Positions 26,380 to 32,029 of a stretch of DNA of 32,029 nucleotides are shown here, one piece after another. This DNA is from a virus. Its lineage: Duplodnaviria > Caudoviricetes. Numbering within the stretch: position 1 is the stretch's first letter; each line of letters starts with the position of its first letter. The stretch is taken from IMG/VR virus record IMGVR_UViG_3300016669_000029, positions 1-32,029 of that record; one strand, 5' to 3'. Position numbers and translations under genes: made by a program. The notes beneath the pieces were generated by a model. That model was not told the DNA's origin, did no database searches, and saw only the letters and a program-made list of their open reading frames with translations.

Positions 26380-26738
26380 CAGTGATGCTCCGGGCGGGTC
26401 TGGGGGATGATCACCAGGCCGTTTGCCGGGTGGTCGAAGAGCAGCACCGTGCCGGCCGGCTGGGCGTCCAGCAGGGCCAGCACGTCGGGCAGCTCCAGCT
26501 GGTTCGGGTCATGGATCAGCCCCTCGTCGAAGGGCTCATCGGCATAGTCCGGGTGCTCGTGCCCGGTCTGCCGCTCCCAGCTCTCGCCCAGGTCGTCGAA
26601 GAGATCCTGCATCACGCCGGGCCGCAGGGGCTCACCGATGATCTGCTCGATGTCTTCGTCGGCCAGGTGGGCCAGCAGGGTGATGAGCGCGTCCGTCTGC
26701 TCCAGGGTCAGCGTGTGACCCATGATCGGCGTGTGCAT
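26379..26738 (-). CDS. Hypothetical acidic protein (119 aa)
   Basis: Packed ORF with consistent codon usage. Confidence 0.7.
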   Translation of the reverse strand: MHTPIMGHTLTLEQTDALITLLAHLADEDIEQIIGEPLRPGVMQDLFDDLGESWERQTGHEHPDYADEPFDEGLIHDPNQLELPDVLALLDAQPAGTVLLFDHPANGLVIIPQTRPEHH

Positions 26739-26754
26739 GCAGGTCTCTCTGAGG

Positions 26755-27183
26755 TCAGGGGATGGGGAGGATGGTGACCGTCACGCCGGGCGCTTCGCCG
26801 GGCTCGGCCCACCGCTTGGAGACCGCCAGGGCGATCACCTGCGTGTCGTCCTTCCAGAACCGCTGCGTCTTCGTGATCGCGTCGAGGTAGGTCTTCGCGA
26901 AGTTGTCGACGTCGCCGCGCGGGGCCGGCAGCTTGGTGGTCTTCGGGCGGGGCGAGGCGCATTCCACCAGCACGGCGCAGGGACCCGTGAAGGGTTCCGT
27001 CGCGGTGGACTGCTGGAAGAACTCGCGCTGGCACTCACCCGCGTGGGTCGAGTATTCGCGCGGCATGAAGGCAATGCCCGTCTTGGTGAAACGGGGGCGC
27101 GGGGCCGGCACCGGAGTGCAGGCCACACGCAGGCTGATGGCGGCGCCCTGGAGGGCACCGCGCATCGTCTTCAGGAGATCCAT
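26755..27183 (-). CDS. rusA: RusA-like Holliday junction resolvase
   Basis: PVPAPRPRF and DVDNFAKTYLDAI...WKDDTQV motifs. ATG lies 4 nt after the SSB stop. Confidence 0.88.
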   Translation of the reverse strand: MDLLKTMRGALQGAAISLRVACTPVPAPRPRFTKTGIAFMPREYSTHAGECQREFFQQSTATEPFTGPCAVLVECASPRPKTTKLPAPRGDVDNFAKTYLDAITKTQRFWKDDTQVIALAVSKRWAEPGEAPGVTVTILPIP

Positions 27184-27187
27184 CGGC

Positions 27188-27841
27188 TCAGAACGGGATG
27201 TCGTCGTCGAGGTCCGCCTTCGGGCGCGAGGAGCGGGTCTCGCCTCCGCTACGGTTCGAAGTGGTGTTGTCGTCGGCCGCGTCGTCGCCGTCGAAGCCGC
27301 CCTCGATCTCGTCGAAGCCGGACCCGGCCTGGCGCTTCTCGACCAGCTGCAGCCCGTAGATGCGGGCCGAGATGCCGAAGACGTCGATCTCGGTCTCGAC
27401 GACCCTCCCGTTGACCCGCTCCTTGACCTTGTCCTTCTTGGTCCAGGGCACGAGGGCCAGCTTGATGCGCGCCCGGTCGCCACCCCGGCTGAAGTTCTCG
27501 GGGGCGATCTCGCGGTTGCGCGCGTTGAAGCACTCGGGCTGCTTCGTGGACTGGGCCGTGAAGAAGACCATGCCGGCGTACTTCGAGTCGGCCTTGCCCT
27601 CCTTGAAGGGGAAGTCGACGGCCTCGGCGTCCGGGTAGTGGGCCTTGGCTTCCTTCTCGAACTCGGCGCGCAGCTTGGCCAGCTCGGGGTCGTCGCCCTC
27701 GAAGACCAGGCTGATCTTGTACTTGCCGTTGGGCTTCCAGCTCGCGCCCTCGGGGGCCTCGGTGTCCGGCTTGGCGACGTGCGCGTTGCCGGTGCTGGCG
27801 ATGGGGGTGAAGATGACGCGGTAGCGGGGCGCCTTGGCCAT
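27188..27841 (-). CDS. Single-stranded DNA-binding protein (T7 gp2.5-like)
   Basis: KPDT...GKYKISL, PFKE, FTAQS, GLQLVE and an acidic tail ending DDDIPF. SD GGAGG. Confidence 0.85.
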   Translation of the reverse strand: MAKAPRYRVIFTPIASTGNAHVAKPDTEAPEGASWKPNGKYKISLVFEGDDPELAKLRAEFEKEAKAHYPDAEAVDFPFKEGKADSKYAGMVFFTAQSTKQPECFNARNREIAPENFSRGGDRARIKLALVPWTKKDKVKERVNGRVVETEIDVFGISARIYGLQLVEKRQAGSGFDEIEGGFDGDDAADDNTTSNRSGGETRSSRPKADLDDDIPF

Positions 27842-28254
27842 CAATGGGCCTCCTCGGTGGTGGACGGAACGACCTTGGCGGCCTCACCCAGGGTGAAGAG
27901 CGTCTCGCTCAGGGTCGGGGGCAGGGTGCCGAGCGCGTAGTGGCGCTTGGCGGCGAGCAGCTCGCCGGGCTGGCGGTCGCTCATGACCTCGGCCAGGGTC
28001 GCTAGGACCCGGCGGAAGTCCTCGGGGTAGCTGGGGCTCTCCGGAGCGCCGACCGCAGCGCGGCCCATCTCCAGCAGCCGCAGCAGGGCATGCGCGGTGC
28101 CCATCGTCGGGCCGATCAGGTCCTCGGCCTTGGGGTTCTCGCCCAGGGCTTCGAGGCCGGCGGCACGGCCGATGGCGTAGGTGGTGAAGTCCGCGCTGAT
28201 GCGGAGCGCCTGGCGCGCCTCGGGAGGCAGCGCGGCGACGAAGGAAGTGCTCAC
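27841..28254 (-). CDS. Hypothetical protein (137 aa)
   Basis: GTG with SD GGAG, first gene after promoter-like repeat copy 2, coupled to SSB. Confidence 0.7.
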   Translation of the reverse strand: MSTSFVAALPPEARQALRISADFTTYAIGRAAGLEALGENPKAEDLIGPTMGTAHALLRLLEMGRAAVGAPESPSYPEDFRRVLATLAEVMSDRQPGELLAAKRHYALGTLPPTLSETLFTLGEAAKVVPSTTEEAH

Positions 28255-28278
28255 AGTGATCTCCAGGGGGATGGTCTC

Positions 28279-28324
28279 GGAGGGGCCGTGGGCACCCCCG
28301 TCATGTGGTGACGTTTGCTGGACA
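28279..28324 (-). promoter_or_regulatory. Putative phage RNAP promoter plus 5' hairpin, copy 2
   Basis: Same core as the other copies (TGTCCAGCAAACG[T]CACCACATGACGGGGGTGCCCAC on the - strand). Overlaps the last codons and stop of the oxygenase gene. Confidence 0.75.
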
Positions 28325-28918
28325 CGGGGTCGCGAGCTGGGCCAGCTCCTGCTGCCGCAGCGCCTCGCCGGCCTCGTCGTAGAGGAAGGTGAGGTAGGCG
28401 TAGCGGGCGCCTTCCTCGACGGGCGTCACGCGGTGCTCCAGGGAGCAGCTGAAGACGATGGCCGTGCCGGACGGCTCCCAGAAGACCTTGTCCGGGCCGA
28501 ATTCCGGGAACTCCAGGGCGCCGCCCCAGAAGGCGTCATTCAGGATGACGCTGAGGGCGAACTTGCGGTGCCGGGTGCCGGGCAGCAGGTCGTCCTTGTG
28601 GGCGGCGAAGTGTCCGCCGCGCGCGTACCGGGCGACCATGTGGCGCTCGATACGGGTCACGTCGAACTGGAAGGCCTGCCGGACTTTCGGTAGGACCCTA
28701 TCTATGATGGCCGAGGAAGCAGCCCTGGCCAGATCCTCACCGAGATAGTGGTCGGTGCGGACCTTGAGCCGGGGCTCGATGCGCTCCCCGATGCGGCCAT
28801 CCTCCTGCGGCCACATGAAGCCGCTCTCCCGCGTCTCCCCCGCGTCCAGCGCCCGGCACATGGCCGAGCAGAGGTCCGGGGAGAAGGCATCGGGGATGAT
28901 GAGGATGGGCGCGGCCAT
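28301..28918 (-). CDS. 2OG-Fe(II) oxygenase (prolyl-hydroxylase-like)
   Basis: H-K-D...H facial triad (HFAAHKDD, LEHRVTPV), RKFALSVILN, GGALEF and G.RY. TGATG coupling. Confidence 0.9.
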   Translation of the reverse strand: MAAPILIIPDAFSPDLCSAMCRALDAGETRESGFMWPQEDGRIGERIEPRLKVRTDHYLGEDLARAASSAIIDRVLPKVRQAFQFDVTRIERHMVARYARGGHFAAHKDDLLPGTRHRKFALSVILNDAFWGGALEFPEFGPDKVFWEPSGTAIVFSCSLEHRVTPVEEGARYAYLTFLYDEAGEALRQQELAQLATPCPANVTT

Positions 28919-29313
28919 CAGGCGAAGGCCTGGAGGGCGGCGATCAGGGCCGGGATGCGGTTCCGCTGGATGAAGTAGCCGTCCAGCGTGTCTTCCGGGT
29001 CGCCCGTCACGACGCAGCCCGTGGCATCCTCGTCCGGGACCACGTAGATGTCGCCGGCCTCCAGACTGACCCGGAACTTGCGGACGATCTCCACGGTGAG
29101 GCCATCGGGGAGGGCGGTCGCGGTCGCCTCGTAGAGTTCCGCATCCTCCTCGGCTAGGACACCTGCCTGGGCACCGCCCTCGAAGGACACATAGGGGAAC
29201 TGCGAGCTGTCCTGCGCGATCACGAGGATCGTGCCGATGGACACGTCGTCGTTGAAGCACGAGCGGTGGAGGGAGCGGACCACCACGCGGTCGCCCTTCT
29301 TGAACTTCGCCAT
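28918..29313 (-). CDS. Hypothetical protein (131 aa, MAKFKKGDRVVV...)
   Basis: SD AGGAG. First gene after promoter-like repeat copy 3; KOW/SH3-like start. Confidence 0.75.
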   Translation of the reverse strand: MAKFKKGDRVVVRSLHRSCFNDDVSIGTILVIAQDSSQFPYVSFEGGAQAGVLAEEDAELYEATATALPDGLTVEIVRKFRVSLEAGDIYVVPDEDATGCVVTGDPEDTLDGYFIQRNRIPALIAALQAFA

Positions 29314-29336
29314 AGTCGTCTCCTGGGTTGGAACCC

Positions 29337-29384
29337 GGAGGCGCCCCGTGGGCACCCCCGTCATGTGGTGTCGTTTGCTGGACA
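29337..29384 (-). promoter_or_regulatory. Putative phage RNAP promoter plus 5' hairpin, copy 3
   Basis: Intergenic, directly downstream of the RNAP gene, where T7-like phages place their first phage promoter. Confidence 0.78.
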
Positions 29385-29389
29385 CGATA

Positions 29390-29417
29390 TCCGATACTGT
29401 TCGAACTAGTGTAGTTA
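29390..29417 (-). repeat. 28-nt bipartite direct repeat, copy downstream of the RNAP catalytic gene
   Basis: TAACTACA-CTAGT-TCGAACAGTATCGGA. The 15-nt core is identical to 31166-31180. Confidence 0.8.
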
Positions 29418-31157
29418 GGAGAAAAAGAACTCGGCCGAGTGGACCTGCTCGATGTCCAGCGTGCCGCGCGCCGGGGGCTCCGGGATGTCGACGCCAGGGG
29501 CCTGGGCGCGGAAGTCCTCGGCCAGGCGTTCCAGCTGGTTGACCCGGTACTGCTCCACGAAGGTCTGGCGCAGGATGGCCGAGAGCGCGGTCGTGTGGCC
29601 GCAATGGACCCCGTAGCTGTCGTGGATCATCGCGAAGTCCCGGATGCCCTGCTGCTCGGCGCACATATTGATGGTGGCCGCCATGTGGGCCGCGTCGAAG
29701 GAGTGGACGATCTGCGGGGCCGAACCCATGGCCTGCTTGCCGGCGTCGATCCGGCCGTCCGGGATCTCCTCGTGGAGCACGACGCGGCCCGTCAGGGTCC
29801 GGACGAGCTTCCGCTCGGTCTCGTGGTAGGCCTGCCGGCACCGGCTGCCCATCGGGGTCGTCCAGTCCATCGGCAGCCCGGCCTCGCCCATGCGGGTCGC
29901 GCACACCTGAACCCACGCCATGATGTTCTTGGCGGCGACCACGGTGCCCGACAGGGCGTCCACCAGCACGTCCCGGAAGTAGGCGGACGTCTTGCGGATA
30001 TCGAGGTCGCTCTCGGGCACCACGCCCTCCTCGATCAGCCCCTTCTGGATGCCGCCCTCGGTGATGCCGTAGGGGGTGGCCAGCACGGTGCGCTTCACGG
30101 TGTTCCGGTTGACGTGGCCGTACCAGACCACCGCCTCGGGCACGCCCTTGGCGGCGTCGCGGGCGACGATCTCGCGGGCCAGCTTGGCGACCTCCTCGTA
30201 GCAGTCCTGCCGATCCAGCCCGGCCAGCAGGTTGGTCGCGCGGGCGCCGATGGGGTCGAGCCCCATGGCGGACAGGTGCTGCAGCCCGTTGCAGGTGCCG
30301 TCGAGCGGGCAGGGGAGGTGCGAGACGAAGTCCTCGCGGTGCTGGGCGCGCTGCGCCTGGGCCATCTCCAGGGCGGTCGCGAGGAAGCCCCAGGGCTCCT
30401 CCACGCCCTTGCCGTTGTCGGCGCGGACCCACCACCGCTCCCACCGCAGCGGGTCGGCGGCGATGGCCGCGAACAGCTCGGCATTGCTGTCGGCCCAGGC
30501 GAAGCGGTCGTCCAACGGCAGCTTGTCCAGGCCGTAACAGTTGGCCGCCCGGATGCAGAGCCAGTAGTAGCCCGTCTTGCCCAGCGGCACGCCATCCGCG
30601 AAGTGCATCAGGGACTTCTGGATGTCGCTGCCCTGCGGGGTCAGGCCGCCGGCCGCGTGGATGTAGCGGCGCAGGCGGAAGTCGTGCAGCCACACGAAGT
30701 AGAAGCGCGGGTGCTCCTCCATGAAGTAGGCCGTCTCCATGGCCTTCTCGAAGACCATCCGCCGGCCGCGCCGGGCGTCGTTCGCCTTGTAGATCCGGGC
30801 GTTGGCGGCGCGGACCCGGCGCTTCTCCTCGTCCGACATGGCGTTCCAGGCGGCTTCCTCGGTCCTCGCCGGGGCGCCCAGCAGGGTCCGGGGCGGGACC
30901 GGGTGCTCGCCCTCGTCGGGCCGCGCCACGGGCCAGCGCCCGCGCGGCTCGAACATGGTGGAGGTCTGGGCGAGCAGGTCGCGGGCCACGTCCAGGACTC
31001 CGCGGTTCAGCCCCCAGGCCGTCGCCTGGAGCCGGTTGGTCGCCATCAGGTCGCGGTCGGAGATGGGCTTGCCGGGCAGCCCGGAGGTATGGGCGAACAT
31101 GCCGTGCAGGATCGGGGACGTCTTGTGCAGCACGTAGCCGCCAGAGAGGTTCTGCAT
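29415..31157 (-). CDS. T7-like single-subunit RNA polymerase, catalytic (C-terminal) part
   Basis: Motif A LDGTCNGLQH, motif B RNTVKRTVLATPYG, motif C MIHDSYG and C-terminal FFFS. It has its own SD (GGAG, 7 nt spacer) and begins at QNLSGGY. Confidence 0.95.
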   Translation of the reverse strand: MQNLSGGYVLHKTSPILHGMFAHTSGLPGKPISDRDLMATNRLQATAWGLNRGVLDVARDLLAQTSTMFEPRGRWPVARPDEGEHPVPPRTLLGAPARTEEAAWNAMSDEEKRRVRAANARIYKANDARRGRRMVFEKAMETAYFMEEHPRFYFVWLHDFRLRRYIHAAGGLTPQGSDIQKSLMHFADGVPLGKTGYYWLCIRAANCYGLDKLPLDDRFAWADSNAELFAAIAADPLRWERWWVRADNGKGVEEPWGFLATALEMAQAQRAQHREDFVSHLPCPLDGTCNGLQHLSAMGLDPIGARATNLLAGLDRQDCYEEVAKLAREIVARDAAKGVPEAVVWYGHVNRNTVKRTVLATPYGITEGGIQKGLIEEGVVPESDLDIRKTSAYFRDVLVDALSGTVVAAKNIMAWVQVCATRMGEAGLPMDWTTPMGSRCRQAYHETERKLVRTLTGRVVLHEEIPDGRIDAGKQAMGSAPQIVHSFDAAHMAATINMCAEQQGIRDFAMIHDSYGVHCGHTTALSAILRQTFVEQYRVNQLERLAEDFRAQAPGVDIPEPPARGTLDIEQVHSAEFFFS

Positions 31158-31165
31158 TCTGAAAC

Positions 31166-31193
31166 TCCGATACTGTTCGAGGTGTTGTACTTA
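31166..31193 (-). repeat. 28-nt bipartite direct repeat, copy inside the RNAP split
   Basis: TAAGTACA-ACACC-TCGAACAGTATCGGA, overlapping the SD of the catalytic gene. Confidence 0.8.
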
Positions 31194-31207
31194 CGAGGCG
31201 CGGCGGG

Positions 31208-32029
31208 TCAGGCCGCCAGGGCGGGCTCCGCGTAGGCCCAGGGGATGGGCGGGATGAGCATCGGCAGCATGGCCGGGCGGGCCAGCTCCGCGCGGGTGTT
31301 GGAGTCCTCCATCTGCTCGACCGCGTAGTCGGTCAGGAGGAGGCACTGCGGGCGCAGGTGCGCGGGACCCGGCCCGGCCTGGGCCATGCGGAACCACCAG
31401 GGGAGGGGCTCGCCGGCCTTCGTCGGACCGTGCGGGGCGGCGGCGACCAGGGCGCTCGCCAGGATCTCGCCCACCTGGGTCGTGGCCTCCGGGTTGGCGT
31501 GCCAGGGGATCGACCGCTCGATCTCCAGGCGCTTGCACAGGCGCGACCACGCGCGGCGGTCGGGCTCCGGGTTGGCCCGCTGGAACATCCGGACGAGGTC
31601 GGCCCGCTCCTTCGGGGCGTCCTTGCCGGTGCCTGCCGCCACCCAGGCGTCGTGGTCGGATTGGTCGCGCAGCGCGGCGCTGACCCGCTTGCCGTACCAG
31701 GGCAAGGTCTGGCCGAGCAGCTCCTCGCCCACCGGCCCGGCGCGCAGGGCGGCGCTCACCGCGACAACGGCGAGGACTTCCGACTCGAAGTTCAGCAGGC
31801 GGTTCCAGGCTGGCGAGCGGCGCTCGGTGGTCGCCTTGGTCGCGGCCTCCAACCAGCGTTCGAGAACGTCGGCCACGGGCCGGACGGTCTGGACGAGTGC
31901 CCGGCGGCCCGAGGGCAACTCGTGCGGGTCCAGCCGTGCGGCATCCTTGCGGAACTTCTTGACGGCGAGGTTGGTGGCATCGACTTCCCACAGCTGCTGC
32001 CGGGTCAGGTCGAACGCATCGGTGGACAT
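31208..32029 (-). CDS. T7-like RNA polymerase N-terminal domain encoded as a separate gene
   Basis: 273 aa helical protein starting RQQLWE and ending RPAMLPMLIPPIPW, equivalent to T7 SPMFQPCVVPPKPW, then a 9-residue tail and TGA. Confidence 0.85.
   Translation of the reverse strand: MSTDAFDLTRQQLWEVDATNLAVKKFRKDAARLDPHELPSGRRALVQTVRPVADVLERWLEAATKATTERRSPAWNRLLNFESEVLAVVAVSAALRAGPVGEELLGQTLPWYGKRVSAALRDQSDHDAWVAAGTGKDAPKERADLVRMFQRANPEPDRRAWSRLCKRLEIERSIPWHANPEATTQVGEILASALVAAAPHGPTKAGEPLPWWFRMAQAGPGPAHLRPQCLLLTDYAVEQMEDSNTRAELARPAMLPMLIPPIPWAYAEPALAA

Noticed and set aside
21735-29384. CRISPR array
   Set aside because: The three repeats are 1 to 6.5 kb apart and separated by genes, there are no spacers of regular length, and no cas genes are present.
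29390-29417. dif/Xer recombination site (28 bp)
   Set aside because: There is no XerD-arm-like TTATGTTAAA sequence and no 11-6-11 dyad symmetry.
31158-31225. T4 gene 60-style ribosomal bypass across the 50-nt RNAP gap (a GGCGG/CCGCC hairpin surrounds the stop)
   Set aside because: The only in-frame matching GCC landing codon lies before an in-frame TAA, there is no TGG landing codon, and the downstream ORF has its own well-spaced SD.
1968-31235. Very long alternative-frame and antisense ORFs (e.g. 1968-4895, 4819-6939, 13817-16861, 21722-24301, 29439-31235)
   Set aside because: These are shadow ORFs expected from high GC3 codon bias. They overlap well-supported genes and show no recognisable motifs.
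31158-31240. Simple sequencing frameshift explaining the RNAP split
   Set aside because: About 80 extra nucleotides separate PPIPW from QNLSGGY, with stops in both relevant frames and a repeated motif. A single indel cannot explain this.
1-32029. Integrase, repressor, att site or tRNA
   Set aside because: None was recognised in the window, so a temperate lifestyle is inferred only from the LexA-type box and moron-like genes.

Overview
This is a GC-rich (roughly 70% by eye) podovirus-type phage or prophage segment with two convergent arms. The + strand (1-17991) carries the morphogenesis and lysis genes: a transglycosylase-bearing ejection protein, a second large internal virion protein, small and large terminase, portal, scaffold, major capsid, a fibre, an adaptor, a tailspike, holin-like genes and a GH108 endolysin. 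The - strand (32029 down to about 18540) carries a T7-like early and replication module: single-subunit-type RNA polymerase, 2OG-Fe(II) oxygenase, SSB, RusA-like resolvase, primase/helicase, an HNH-like nuclease, family A DNA polymerase, TerB, a 5'-3' exonuclease and a dATP/dGTP diphosphohydrolase. The arms meet near a bidirectional terminator at about 18487-18540. The most unusual feature is that two normally single-chain T7-type enzymes are each split into two intact genes, with a regulatory-looking sequence in each break. The RNAP is cut between PPIPW and QNLSGGY, and a 28-nt motif lies on both sides of the catalytic half. The primase-helicase is cut just before the last TOPRIM motif (KDASD); the gap holds a 71-codon ORF and an alphaproteobacterial LexA-type box (GTTC-N7-GTTC) over the helicase start codon. 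A separate 46-48 nt repeat in three copies looks like the phage RNAP promoter followed by a 5' hairpin. All product calls come from motif recognition by eye; no database searches were run.
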